From NCBI GenBank assembly GCA_030591685.1, contig JAUVAX010000006.1, positions 1 to 64,000 of the forward strand: a DNA stretch of 64,000 nucleotides, in the 5' to 3' direction. Under the pieces are notes generated by a model. It ran no database searches. It was not told where the DNA came from and saw nothing but the letters and a program-made list of their open reading frames with translations. Below, piece by piece: positions 29,892 through 40,019 of the stretch. Position 1 is the first letter of the stretch; the number at the start of each line of letters is the position of its first letter. The position numbers were made by a program, and so were the translations under genes. This DNA is from Pseudobdellovibrionaceae bacterium. GTDB lineage: Bacteria > Bdellovibrionota > Bdellovibrionia > Bdellovibrionales > UBA1609.

Positions 29892-30365
29892 ATGTCAGAC
29901 AACACTAAATTAAAGAAAAACATGGATATCAATGAGGTTATGGAGATTTTACCTCAAAGATATCCATTTTTAATGATCGATAAAGTCATTGATCTTGAAT
30001 TGCCTGCCGATAAAAAACAGATGGTCGGGCGAAAAATTAAAGCTGTTAAAAATGTGACAGTTAATGAGCCGTACTTTCCGGGACACTTTCCTCATAGGCC
30101 AGTTATGCCGGGGGTTATGCAGGTAGAGGCTATGGCTCAAACAGCGGCGCTGGCCTGTTATGATGAAAGTAATAAGGGTCGAGACATACTCATTGCTGGC
30201 ATTAATAAGGCTCGATTTAGAAGGCCGGTTGTCCCCGGAGATGTATTAATTTTTGAATCAGTAGTTATAAAGTATAAAAGTAAGTTGGCCGTCATAAGCT
30301 GTAAGGTTTTTGTTGGGGGTGATTTAGTCTCTGAGGCCGAGGTGTTGGCGGCTCTTGGGAGTTAA
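29892..30365 (+). CDS. fabZ: 3-hydroxyacyl-ACP dehydratase
   Basis: LPQRYPFLMIDKV, KNVTVNEPYFPGHFP..PVMPGV..EAMAQ. Confidence 0.96.
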   Translation: MSDNTKLKKNMDINEVMEILPQRYPFLMIDKVIDLELPADKKQMVGRKIKAVKNVTVNEPYFPGHFPHRPVMPGVMQVEAMAQTAALACYDESNKGRDILIAGINKARFRRPVVPGDVLIFESVVIKYKSKLAVISCKVFVGGDLVSEAEVLAALGS

Positions 30366-30385
30366 TGTTTTTTTAAGGAAATTTA

Positions 30386-31168
30386 ATGTCAGTACATTCA
30401 ACCGCTATAATTGGACCTCATGTAAAGCTGCACCCATCAGTCGCTGTTGGGCCCTTTAGTATAATTACAGGGGATGTCAGTATAGGGGCAGGGACAGTTC
30501 TTCACAGCCACGTATGCATTGGGTCTGAATTTGGTATTGTTAGTATTGGTGAGAAAAATGAGTTTTATCAAGGTGCCGTTATAGGGGGAACCCCCCAAGA
30601 TTTAAAGTATAAGGGTGAGCCTACAAAATTAATTATCGGAAACAACAATATATTTAGAGAATTTTGCACACTTAACTTAGGCACGGTGACGGGCTTAGGT
30701 CAGACAGTTATTGGCAATGATAATTTATTAATGGCATATGTGCATGTGGCGCATGATTGTTTGTTCGGTAATAATATTATTGTTGCTAATTCTACTCAGT
30801 TTGCGGGCCATGTAGAAGTGCAGGACCATGTAACAATTGGGGGTCATTGTTCAATCACTCAGTTTATGAGGTTTGGCCGGTTTAGTTACATCGGAGCGAG
30901 TTCGTCTTTAAATAAAGATATCACCCCCTTTACGATGGCCGAGGGTCGGTGGGCAAAGCTGAGAGCTACTAATAAAATAGGGCTCGAGAGAAATGGTTTT
31001 GATCAAAATGAAATTAGAAATATTCATAAAGCATTAAGAATACTGATTAAGGGTGAGGGCACTGTTTCAGCATTAGTCAGTAGAATTAAAGAGGAGTGTA
31101 AGGCTTCAGACTCCATACAAGAGTTATTGCATTTCATAGAAGCTTCTCAAAAAGGCTTAGCAAGGTAA
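30386..31168 (+). CDS. lpxA: Acyl-ACP:UDP-GlcNAc(3N) acyltransferase
   Basis: Hexapeptide repeats, PQDLKY, IFREFCT, MAYVHVAHDC, AGHV. Confidence 0.96.
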   Translation: MSVHSTAIIGPHVKLHPSVAVGPFSIITGDVSIGAGTVLHSHVCIGSEFGIVSIGEKNEFYQGAVIGGTPQDLKYKGEPTKLIIGNNNIFREFCTLNLGTVTGLGQTVIGNDNLLMAYVHVAHDCLFGNNIIVANSTQFAGHVEVQDHVTIGGHCSITQFMRFGRFSYIGASSSLNKDITPFTMAEGRWAKLRATNKIGLERNGFDQNEIRNIHKALRILIKGEGTVSALVSRIKEECKASDSIQELLHFIEASQKGLAR

Positions 31169-31172
31169 GTAT

Positions 31173-32108
31173 ATGAACAGTAAGGTGAGGGCTGCCGTAG
31201 TTGGAGTGGGTTATTTAGGCCGATTTCACGCTCAAAAATATAAGAGCATTGATAATGCAGTATTAGTTGCTGTTTGTGACTCTAATACTGATAATGCTAA
31301 AAAAAGCGCTTTAGAGTTAAGCTGTGAAAGCTTTGCTAATTATAAGGACTTATTAGGAAAGGTGGATGCTGTTACTATTGCAGCGACGACCTCGGCTCAT
31401 TATGAAATTGCTAAATTTTTTTTGAAAAACAATATACATGTCAATGTTGAGAAGCCAATCACCTCAACGACAGTTCAGGCCCAAGAGCTTTGTGAATTGG
31501 CCTATAAAAATAATTTAAAACTTCAGGTAGGTCATATAGAGCGTTTTAACCCAGCCTTAGTGGCTGCGAAAAAAAAATTAAGAGACCCTATTTTTATTGA
31601 GTGCCACCGGTTAGCACCCTTTAAGCCTCGCGGCGTTGATGTGAGTGTTGTTTTAGATTTAATGATTCATGATTTAGATGTTATATTGTCCCTTGTAAAC
31701 AGTGAGCCCAAACACGTCCACTCAGTAGGCACACCTGTGCTTACCCCTGAGGTTGATATTGCAAATGCCAGGGTAGAGTTTGAAAATGGCTGCGTTGCTA
31801 ATATAACATCTTCTAGAGTTTCAAAGACGGCTCAAAGAAAATTTAGGGTTTTTCAGCAAGACCAATACTTATCCATTGATTTTGGTTCAGGAGATGTGAG
31901 CTTAACAACTAAAATAGGGGACTTTAGCGAAAGTGGAGAGCTCCCTCTAGAAGTTGAAAATTGGAGTTTAGAAAAAGGTGATGCTCTTTTGGCTGAAACG
32001 CAGTCTTTTGTTGATTCTATTATTAAAGACATTCCTTGTATTGTTACCGGAGAGGATGGACTTAAGGCCCTTAAGTTGGCGGAGACTATCGTTGAATCCT
32101 TCAAGTAA
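31173..32108 (+). CDS. gnnA: Gfo/Idh/MocA oxidoreductase, probable UDP-GlcNAc 3-dehydrogenase GnnA
   Basis: GVGYLGRFHAQKY, EKP, GHIERFNPA, DLMIHDLD; located between lpxA and lpxB. Confidence 0.8.
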   Translation: MNSKVRAAVVGVGYLGRFHAQKYKSIDNAVLVAVCDSNTDNAKKSALELSCESFANYKDLLGKVDAVTIAATTSAHYEIAKFFLKNNIHVNVEKPITSTTVQAQELCELAYKNNLKLQVGHIERFNPALVAAKKKLRDPIFIECHRLAPFKPRGVDVSVVLDLMIHDLDVILSLVNSEPKHVHSVGTPVLTPEVDIANARVEFENGCVANITSSRVSKTAQRKFRVFQQDQYLSIDFGSGDVSLTTKIGDFSESGELPLEVENWSLEKGDALLAETQSFVDSIIKDIPCIVTGEDGLKALKLAETIVESFK

Positions 32109-33258
32109 AAGTGAAATTTTAATTGTTGCCGCTGAGGCATCGAGCAGTTTGTACGCTCAACGTATTTTAAGTGAGTTTAGTTTACAAAAAATAGATTGTC
32201 ATTTTTGGGGAGTGGGCTCAAAAGAAATGGAAAACCAGGGCTTAGATAGGCTTGGTTGCTCTGAAGATATGGCTGTCGTTGGTATCAAAGAGGTCATGAC
32301 CCATTATAAAGACATAAAAGCGGTATTAAATAAAATTGTAGAGAGAGCAAAGCAAAACCCGCCTAAGTTCGCCTTATTACTGGATTACCCAGAGTTTAAT
32401 TTGAAATTAGCAAAAGAATTAAAAAAATTAAATATACCAGTTATTTATTATATTTCTCCGCAAGTTTGGGCATGGAGAACTTCGCGTATAAAAATAATTA
32501 AAAAGTATGTGGATAAAATGCTTGTTTTATTCCCCTTTGAAAAAGAATTTTATGAAAAAAATGAAATGGACGTAAAGTTTGTTGGCCACCCATTACTTGA
32601 TGAAATACATGAACGTTTTTTTACTCATGAGTACCTAAGTGAGCAAAGGCAAAAATTTGGACTCTCGTTAACGGATAAAGTATTAGCTTTAATGCCCGGA
32701 AGTCGAAAATCAGAAATTGAATATAATCTCGAAACCCAAATAAAAACAGCTGCGATTTTAAAAAAAGAAGATCCAAGCTTAAAGGTTATGATTTTTGTGG
32801 CTCCTACGTTTACTGTTGAGCAATTTAAAATGTTCTTGCAAAATTACAACATTAGCGTGGGGTATATAATTGTTAAGCAAGAGCCCTTTGAAATGATACA
32901 CATGGCTGATGTGGTGCTTACAGCCTCAGGCACAGCGACGGTCATGGTTGGGCTTATGGTCAAGCCCATGGTTATTATGTATAAATTAAATTGGCTCACA
33001 GCTTTTATTTTTAAATTTTTAGTAGGGCAAAAGATAAAGCTTTTTGGAATGATTAATATTTTATTAGGTAAAAAAGTATGTGATGAGTTCTTTCAATCAG
33101 AGGCTACACCAGAAAATTTATCCAAGTCGTTAAGGGTTTTACTTTATGATAAGGCTGAGTATCAGATAAAATCTATGGAGCTTAAAAGAACGCACAGTAT
33201 TTTGGGAAGTAAAGGAGCCACTGAAAGAGTGGTTGAAAGTTTAAAAGCGTATATTTAA
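32092..33258 (+). CDS. lpxB: Lipid-A-disaccharide synthase
   Basis: IVAAEASS, DYPEFN, YYISPQVWAWR, FPFE, FVGHPL, PGSR, SGTAT; GGAG RBS before TTG 32092. Confidence 0.95.
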   Translation: MNPSSKSEILIVAAEASSSLYAQRILSEFSLQKIDCHFWGVGSKEMENQGLDRLGCSEDMAVVGIKEVMTHYKDIKAVLNKIVERAKQNPPKFALLLDYPEFNLKLAKELKKLNIPVIYYISPQVWAWRTSRIKIIKKYVDKMLVLFPFEKEFYEKNEMDVKFVGHPLLDEIHERFFTHEYLSEQRQKFGLSLTDKVLALMPGSRKSEIEYNLETQIKTAAILKKEDPSLKVMIFVAPTFTVEQFKMFLQNYNISVGYIIVKQEPFEMIHMADVVLTASGTATVMVGLMVKPMVIMYKLNWLTAFIFKFLVGQKIKLFGMINILLGKKVCDEFFQSEATPENLSKSLRVLLYDKAEYQIKSMELKRTHSILGSKGATERVVESLKAYI

Positions 33259-34272
33259 ATGGGTCTACACTATATTTATGCAATAATAATTAAAATTCGA
33301 AATTTACTGTTTGATATGGGTTGGCGCCCCCTTAGAGACTGTGGTGTGCCAGTTATTTCAGTAGGAAATATCACGGTGGGGGGTACGGGCAAAACCCCTG
33401 TCATCATAGAAATGGCAAGCATACTTAAGGGAAATCATAATATAGGTATTGTGAGCCGTGGGTATAAGGGGTTGTTCAAAGGGGCTCAACTGGTTGATTT
33501 GTCGGTAAAAAACCCAGGGCAGTATTTTGGTGATGAGCCGACTTTGATAGCTAAAAAAACAAATAGCCCTGTTGCCGTGTGCTCTAAAAGAATCGAAGCT
33601 TGTTTGAAACTAAAAAACCAGGGTGTAGATACAATCCTTGCAGATGACTGTTTTCAACATAGGTCTTTAAAAAGAGATTTAGATATTGTGTTACTTGACG
33701 CTACTGAAGAGGCGAAGAACTATAGACCATTACCCCTAGGAAGAATGAGGGAGCCTTTTTTAGCCCTTAGGCGCGCGCAGGTTATAATTATAACTAAACG
33801 TAACCTTTTGCCAAAAAATGATTTACCTCAATGGGACCTATGGTTTCAAGAGATGATTAATAAAAATAAAATCACTTCAAATATCCTTGAGGGAAATTAT
33901 ATTATTGACCGTATTGAGAACTTTACAGGAGAGGAGATAAACTCGAAAGAGCGATTTATGCTACTCTCTGCCATTGCAAAACCATTAGCCTTTGAGCGCC
34001 TCTTGAGTGTTAATAGTATTGAAGTCGTTAAGCACATTACATATCGAGATCATTACAATTATACTTTTAAAGATGTAAGTTCGATACAAAATAAGGCGAG
34101 AGATTTGAGCGTAAAAATTTTAGTTACCGAAAAGGACAGAGTAAAGCTAGAGGTACTCGATATTGATAAGAATTTATTTGGGGTAGTTAAATTAAAAATT
34201 GATTTTAGTGCCTATAAGCAGTTTGGAGATAAGGAGAAATTTAATGAAACCCTTATTAATATGGGCAGCTAA
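33259..34272 (+). CDS. lpxK: Tetraacyldisaccharide 4'-kinase
   Basis: SVGNITVGGTGKTP, SRGY, GDEP, DDCFQH, PLGRMRE, TEKD. Confidence 0.95.
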   Translation: MGLHYIYAIIIKIRNLLFDMGWRPLRDCGVPVISVGNITVGGTGKTPVIIEMASILKGNHNIGIVSRGYKGLFKGAQLVDLSVKNPGQYFGDEPTLIAKKTNSPVAVCSKRIEACLKLKNQGVDTILADDCFQHRSLKRDLDIVLLDATEEAKNYRPLPLGRMREPFLALRRAQVIIITKRNLLPKNDLPQWDLWFQEMINKNKITSNILEGNYIIDRIENFTGEEINSKERFMLLSAIAKPLAFERLLSVNSIEVVKHITYRDHYNYTFKDVSSIQNKARDLSVKILVTEKDRVKLEVLDIDKNLFGVVKLKIDFSAYKQFGDKEKFNETLINMGS

Positions 34273-35119
34273 ACGGTTTGCCTATTTAATTTTTAAACTT
34301 CCAAAGTGGATACATTTAGTTTTAGGTGATGCCGTAGCTTACCTATGGTGGAGCCTGTTAAGAATAAGGCGGGAAGTTGTATTAAGTAACTTAAAGCTCG
34401 CTTACCCTGACATGGACCCCTTAGAGAGAAAGAAAATAGCTTGGAAATCTATGCAAAATCTTGGTCGAGGGGCTGTAGAGTACTTTAAATTTCCGTTTTT
34501 AAGTAAAAAAAATATTAATAATTGGGTTCGATTTGAAGGTGAGGAGCATATAGAGGCGGCCTTAAAAAAAGGCAAAGGCGTATGCTTGCTCTCTTTGCAT
34601 ACAGGTAATGGGGATTTTGCGCTCGCAGGACTGGCTTTAGCTGATTACCCGATATGTTTGATTTCAAAAGAATTTAAAATTAAATGGTTGAATGAGCTAT
34701 GGTTTTCACTGCGGGGTCGCCTGGGGATGACCTTTATCCCTCCTAGAAATAGTAGTTTTTCAGTCATTAGGTCGCTGAAAAAAAATAAAATTGTAATTTT
34801 TGTGTTGGATCAGTTCATGGGGCCCCCCATTGGTGTAAGGACTCAGTTTTTTGGTCACGAAACAGGCACTGCACTTGGGCTGGCTGTTATGGCAATGAGA
34901 ACGGGGGCTGAGGTTATACCGCTTTATACGATACGTGAAAATGGGAACCATCACCTTATTAAATTTGAAGCTCCTATTCCCTTTGAAACTAAAGAGGACC
35001 GTCCCTCAACGACAGCACACATGACGCAGGTTTATACGGATAAAATAGAGCAAATTATTCGTCAGTATCCAGATCAGTGGATGTGGGTGCATCGTCGCTG
35101 GAAAGAGTTTAAAGATTAA
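34244..35119 (+). CDS. lpxL: Lipid A late acyltransferase (LpxL/HtrB family)
   Basis: HTGNGD (Hx4D/E), DQ, FFG, PDQWMWVHRRWK. Confidence 0.85.
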   Translation: MKPLLIWAAKRFAYLIFKLPKWIHLVLGDAVAYLWWSLLRIRREVVLSNLKLAYPDMDPLERKKIAWKSMQNLGRGAVEYFKFPFLSKKNINNWVRFEGEEHIEAALKKGKGVCLLSLHTGNGDFALAGLALADYPICLISKEFKIKWLNELWFSLRGRLGMTFIPPRNSSFSVIRSLKKNKIVIFVLDQFMGPPIGVRTQFFGHETGTALGLAVMAMRTGAEVIPLYTIRENGNHHLIKFEAPIPFETKEDRPSTTAHMTQVYTDKIEQIIRQYPDQWMWVHRRWKEFKD

Positions 35120-35284
35120 TTAAGTAGGGATAAGGGCCCTGTTATTGTTTTCGCATTAAGCCGCATGAGGGGCAGCAAAACGCCTGTGGTTTTTTTTGAA
35201 AGGTAATATCAGGGGTGTGTTTATAATTCGTATTAAAAGGTTCAGAGTGTTGACATCTTTGGAGTAAAAGCTGAAAATTTTAGG

Positions 35285-36310
35285 ATGTTCATAAGTAAGC
35301 CTATATTAATTTTATTCGTGATATTAAGCTTTGGCTGTTCAAGCCTTTTTAAGACAAATATGAGCCTTGAAAAAGTGCAAAAAAATGATGAATTTGAAAA
35401 ACTCCTTGATGTTAAAGTGACTCCTCATCCTGAGGTAAAATCTAAAAATAAATTTAAACCAGTTGTTAAAAAAACTAAAGTGCCGCAAAAGAAAATCTTA
35501 GTTTCTAAAGTGAAATCAAAAAAAAAGAAATTAACAACTAAAACTTTGAAATTAAAAAAGCATCTACCTGCATTTGAAGATTCAGAGGGGTTTGACGGCC
35601 GAAGGCCGATCGTTGACCCTTTTGTTGTGGGTGAAAAAGTTGAGTTAGATTTAACATATCTAAATATGTCAGCGGGACGTCTTGTTCTACTTGTAGAGCC
35701 CTTTGTAGAGGTTAATGGAAACAAGTCATATCAATTTAAAGTTAAAATAAAATCGAGTAAAATGTTCTCTTTTTTTTATAAACTCGATAACATGGCTGAA
35801 ACTTATGTTGACTATAAGACCCTACGGCCTCTCTCTCATGCCGTACATATTAGGGAGAGTAAGCAAATTAAAGAGGTGCGAAGCTTCTATGACTGGGGAA
35901 CGTCTAGTGGGAAGTTTTGGGAGAAAAAAATTAATGATGACGGGGAGACTCGCCGTAAAAAAGAATGGAAGTTAAGACCCTTTTCTCAAAACTTAATTTC
36001 AGCTATTTTCTACATGCGAAATTTTACTCTAAAACCAGGAAAGATTATTAAATTCAATGTGGCCGACGCGGGTAAAATTGTTGTTATCTGGGCCAAAGTA
36101 TTAAAGCAAGAGACAATTGATACTAAATATGGCCCTATGGATACAGTAAAAATTAAAGTAGAGTATAAAATCGACGGCACATTTTCTCAGAGCGGAGAAA
36201 TATACTTTTGGTTTACTAATAACGACCGTAAAAATTTGGTTAAAATTCAATCTAAAATTAAAATAGGCTCACTCTATGGTGAGCTGGTTTCGATTACAGT
36301 ACCTAATTAG
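35285..36310 (+). CDS. DUF3108-like lipoprotein
   Basis: Lipobox LSFG-C, Lys-rich linker, PFVVGEK..Y..AG, WFTNNDRKNLVKI..KIKIGS. Confidence 0.7.
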   Translation: MFISKPILILFVILSFGCSSLFKTNMSLEKVQKNDEFEKLLDVKVTPHPEVKSKNKFKPVVKKTKVPQKKILVSKVKSKKKKLTTKTLKLKKHLPAFEDSEGFDGRRPIVDPFVVGEKVELDLTYLNMSAGRLVLLVEPFVEVNGNKSYQFKVKIKSSKMFSFFYKLDNMAETYVDYKTLRPLSHAVHIRESKQIKEVRSFYDWGTSSGKFWEKKINDDGETRRKKEWKLRPFSQNLISAIFYMRNFTLKPGKIIKFNVADAGKIVVIWAKVLKQETIDTKYGPMDTVKIKVEYKIDGTFSQSGEIYFWFTNNDRKNLVKIQSKIKIGSLYGELVSITVPN

Positions 36311-36388
36311 TTTTATAGCTTTTAGGGCAGATGCTAATTAGACTTAAGCCTTGGTTTTTTTAAATTTAAACCTGGTATACTTAATAAT

Positions 36389-37540
36389 ATGCCAGCGATA
36401 AACTGTAGACATTTTACAGGGTTTAAACCATGCGCTAAAAATGAATTATGTAGTGAGCGCTGCCCATTTTTAGACCCACCCTTGTCTCGTGTACTAATTG
36501 TACACCTTGAGGCTATGGGGGCGGTATTAAGAGCCACTAGCCTGTTGCCCTCGATTAAGCGAAAGTTTCCAAAGTGCCATATTACCTGGGTAACAAAAGC
36601 GCCCAGCCATAGGCTTTTAGAGGGTAACTCATTAATTGATCGGGTCCTGACAAGTTCAAGTGAGGACCTTTTGTCATTAAAGTGTCTTAATTTTGATGTC
36701 GCATTTTGTATAGATAAATCTCTGCAGGCCAGCGGAGTTTTGAGTTCAACACAATTTGATAAACTCTATGGTTTTAGTGCCGATGCATGCAGTGGAGCTA
36801 TTTTACCAGCAACCCCGGCAGCACATTATTTGTGGAAACTAGGTTTAAGTAATCACGAAAAATTTTTTATTAATCAAAAATCAGAGACCCAATTGATGAC
36901 TGAGGCCTTAGAGCTTGGGGAGTTCAAAAGAGAACCCTATGTCCTTATGCTTTCAGAGGCTGAAAAAGAGCAGGTTACAGCTAGAAATAAACTATGGGCG
37001 CCTGATGGAAAAATCATTCTTGGCATTAACACGGGCTGTGCGCCTACAATAGCATATAAGAAGTTGTCAATTCAGAGGCAGAAATCATTAATAAAAAATA
37101 TAGAGACTCACTTTGGATGTCGAATTGTACTGCTTGGCGGGCCAGATGATACGGATAGAAATAATGAAATAGCTAAGGGGACAAATACAGTGACCTCTCC
37201 AACAGGGTCAGGTTTGCGTGATGGTCTTGTTAGCGTGGCGGCTTGTGATATTGTTATAAGTGGGGATAGCTTAGGTATGCATATGGCCATAGCGTTAAAA
37301 AAATGGGTAGTAGCCTGGTTCGGCCCTACCTGCTCCCATGAGATTGATTTATATGACAGAGGAGTTAAGGTGATGGCTAAGGTGGGTTGTTCGCCTTGTT
37401 GGAAAAGGTCTTGTCATAAGTCCCCAATGTGTTATGAAATGGTATCTGAAGATGAGTTTCTAATGGCCGTTAAGGAGGGGATTCAATGGGTAAAAAAATC
37501 CTCGTCATCCAAACAGCCTTCATTGGAGATGCGCTCCTAA
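36389..37540 (+). CDS. Glycosyltransferase family 9 (heptosyltransferase-like) with an N-terminal Cys cluster
   Basis: AMGAVL, HITWVT, GDSLGMHMAIAL..FGPT, CSPCWKRSC. Confidence 0.9.
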   Translation: MPAINCRHFTGFKPCAKNELCSERCPFLDPPLSRVLIVHLEAMGAVLRATSLLPSIKRKFPKCHITWVTKAPSHRLLEGNSLIDRVLTSSSEDLLSLKCLNFDVAFCIDKSLQASGVLSSTQFDKLYGFSADACSGAILPATPAAHYLWKLGLSNHEKFFINQKSETQLMTEALELGEFKREPYVLMLSEAEKEQVTARNKLWAPDGKIILGINTGCAPTIAYKKLSIQRQKSLIKNIETHFGCRIVLLGGPDDTDRNNEIAKGTNTVTSPTGSGLRDGLVSVAACDIVISGDSLGMHMAIALKKWVVAWFGPTCSHEIDLYDRGVKVMAKVGCSPCWKRSCHKSPMCYEMVSEDEFLMAVKEGIQWVKKSSSSKQPSLEMRS

Positions 37541-38592
37541 CAATACCTCTGCTTAAAAATATTAAAAAACTGTACCCCAGATCTGATATTCATATTTTAT
37601 GTCGATCAGGGTTAGGGGATGTTTTTAAGCAATTTAACTTAGCATCTGTCGTTTATGAATATAAAAAAGGGGGCTCATCAAACTGGCCTCATATTAAAAA
37701 TTCAATTAAAAAAAACTCCTTTGATATTATTATAAGTCCTCATGAATCACTAAGAACTCAACTTTTAGTATGGTCACTGAGTGCAAAAATAAAGGTTGGG
37801 TTTTATAAGTGGTGGAACTTTTGGATTTTTAACTATCGAGTCAAGCGCCCCATGCACTTGCCAGAAGTTTTAAGGCAAAACATGCTTTTAACAGTTTTAT
37901 CTGAAGACTTTAAATCAAGGTATTTTAAGTTCATTAACTCATGTGACATAAAAAATATTGATTTAAAAAGTAATATTGATTTTTCAACCAAAAACTCAAT
38001 CCCAAAGTGGGCTGAAATGCACATGGAGGAGTCTGACTTTAACTCCTCTGACCATATTAAAAGAGTAAAAAAAATTGAGATTCAATATGAATTAGAAAAT
38101 AAAAAATGTATTTTCATTGCCCCAGGGAGTGTGTGGAGCACTAAACGTTGGACTGAAAAGGGTTTTTCGCGCCTAGCAAAAAAAATGATTTCTGATGGTT
38201 TTTCGGTACTACTCATAGGTAGCCCTGAAGAGTTTAAATTATGCAATACCATTAAAGAGAGGGCTCCAGGGAGTATTAATTTAGCAGGAAAACTGAACTT
38301 AGTTGAAACCGCCTACTTATTAAGGCACAGGCAAGCACTTGTTTCAAATGACAGTGGGGCTATGCATTTGGGGGCATTGAGCTCGATACCTGTTGTTGCT
38401 ATATTTGGACCGACAACTCCTCGTTTAGGGTATAGACCCTGGAGTGACCAGTCGAAGATTATTCAAAGAGACCTTAAGTGCAGGCCCTGTGGCCTTCATG
38501 GGGCAAAAGTGTGTCCTCTTGGCACGCATGAGTGCATGGTAAAAATTGACTCTAACGATGTTTATAGAGCTGTCTGCGACAGTCTGATATAA
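37486..38592 (+). CDS. waaF: GT9 LPS heptosyltransferase (WaaF-like)
   Basis: IQTAFIGDALL, APGSVWSTKRW, NLAGK, NDSGAMH, FGPT, CRPCGLHG..CPLGTHECM. Confidence 0.75.
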   Translation: MGKKILVIQTAFIGDALLTIPLLKNIKKLYPRSDIHILCRSGLGDVFKQFNLASVVYEYKKGGSSNWPHIKNSIKKNSFDIIISPHESLRTQLLVWSLSAKIKVGFYKWWNFWIFNYRVKRPMHLPEVLRQNMLLTVLSEDFKSRYFKFINSCDIKNIDLKSNIDFSTKNSIPKWAEMHMEESDFNSSDHIKRVKKIEIQYELENKKCIFIAPGSVWSTKRWTEKGFSRLAKKMISDGFSVLLIGSPEEFKLCNTIKERAPGSINLAGKLNLVETAYLLRHRQALVSNDSGAMHLGALSSIPVVAIFGPTTPRLGYRPWSDQSKIIQRDLKCRPCGLHGAKVCPLGTHECMVKIDSNDVYRAVCDSLI

Positions 38593-38603
38593 TACGTTAA
38601 GGG

Positions 38604-40019
38604 CTATATCTTTTTAATTAGTGTTTTTACATTAATATTATACTTTTTAATTTTCCTAAGTAGCGTATTTTTAGGTATATTAGCGTGAGCAACAGTCTTG
38701 TTGATTCGACCCTCATTAGAAATCAGAGCTTGTATGATAAACTCCTTTTCAGTTTCAAGTTTGAATTTATCAAAATCCATAGGCCCTTGGTAACTCGATG
38801 AAATAGAACTGTCACTTGGATTTTTTAAATTAATTAAGTTTTCAGGCAATGAATCCACTTGAATGCTCTTAACTGAATCGGGTGTGATGATCAGGCACCT
38901 CTCTATAGTGTTTTCGAGCTCCCTTATGTTACCAGGCCAGTTATAATTGTTAAAACGCTCTAGGACCTCACGAGATATAGTTTTCATATTTCTGTTATGT
39001 TTTTTGTTGAATTTTTTAATAAACACTTCCGCAAATTCCTCAATATCATCAATTCTCTCTCTAAGAGGCGGTAAAAATATGGGCATAACATTTAATCGGT
39101 AAAATAAATCCTCGCGAAATGTGGACTCTTCGATCATCTTTTCTAAGTTTCTATTTGTTGCTGCAACGACCCTGGCATTGGTTTTCACTTCGCGGCTGCT
39201 CCCCACAGGGGAGAATGTTTTTTCCTGTAGGACACGTAGTAACTTAACTTGAAGCTCTGGTTTAAGCTCTCCAATTTCATCTAAAAATATGGTGCCATCG
39301 TTGGCTTGTTGGAATTTACCGATCTTTCTTTTATCAGCGCCAGTAAAAGCTCCTTTTTCATGACCAAAAATTTCACTCTCCATAAGTTCTTCTGGGATAG
39401 CTGCGCAATTAATTGTGATAAAATCTCCATGCTTTCGTGGAGAGTTAAAATGTATAGCTTGAGCAACAAGCTCTTTGCCGGTTCCGTTCTCTCCGCGAAT
39501 GAGTACGGTGGTGTCAACTCGAGTCAGCTTGTTAATAAGATCATAGACATCTGTCATTTTTTTTGAATGTCCAACTAGGTCGCTTTCTATGTCGTCATCA
39601 AAAATAGGGGTAGCAAGGGCTAGTTCAGAAACTAGTGCTTTTGCTTCGATTGCTTTAGTCACTATTTCACATAACTTATTAGGTTGAACTGGTTTTTCTA
39701 AATAATCATAAGCGCCGAGCTTAATGGCTTTTACAGCGTCCTTTAGGTTGCTGTGGGCGGTCATAATGACAACTAAAATTTGAGAGTCTACTGTTTTTAT
39801 TTGCTCCAGGGCCTGAAGCCCATCCATTTCGGGCATTCTGACATCCATTAAGACTAAATCAAAATTTTGTGCATGGATTGAACTAAGTGCTTCACGACCA
39901 TTTACAGCCTCTTTAATAGAAAAATTAAAGTGGGGCATTGAACTAACGAGTATTGAAGATACTGACCTTCGTAGTTCTATTTCATCATCGACAATTAAAA
40001 CGTTAATGCTCTCCGGCAT
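38604..40019 (-). CDS. Sigma54-dependent response regulator (NtrC family)
   Basis: VLIVDDE, DVRMP, GENGTGKE, GAFTGA, FLDEIG, FREDLFYRL; start ATG 40019. Confidence 0.95.
   Translation of the reverse strand: MPESINVLIVDDEIELRRSVSSILVSSMPHFNFSIKEAVNGREALSSIHAQNFDLVLMDVRMPEMDGLQALEQIKTVDSQILVVIMTAHSNLKDAVKAIKLGAYDYLEKPVQPNKLCEIVTKAIEAKALVSELALATPIFDDDIESDLVGHSKKMTDVYDLINKLTRVDTTVLIRGENGTGKELVAQAIHFNSPRKHGDFITINCAAIPEELMESEIFGHEKGAFTGADKRKIGKFQQANDGTIFLDEIGELKPELQVKLLRVLQEKTFSPVGSSREVKTNARVVAATNRNLEKMIEESTFREDLFYRLNVMPIFLPPLRERIDDIEEFAEVFIKKFNKKHNRNMKTISREVLERFNNYNWPGNIRELENTIERCLIITPDSVKSIQVDSLPENLINLKNPSDSSISSSYQGPMDFDKFKLETEKEFIIQALISNEGRINKTVAHANIPKNTLLRKIKKYNINVKTLIKKI

Noticed and set aside
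35155..35198. Terminator or riboswitch after lpxL
   Set aside because: A T-tract is present but the stem (AAGCCGCA..TGTGGTTT) is interrupted and matches no riboswitch I recognise
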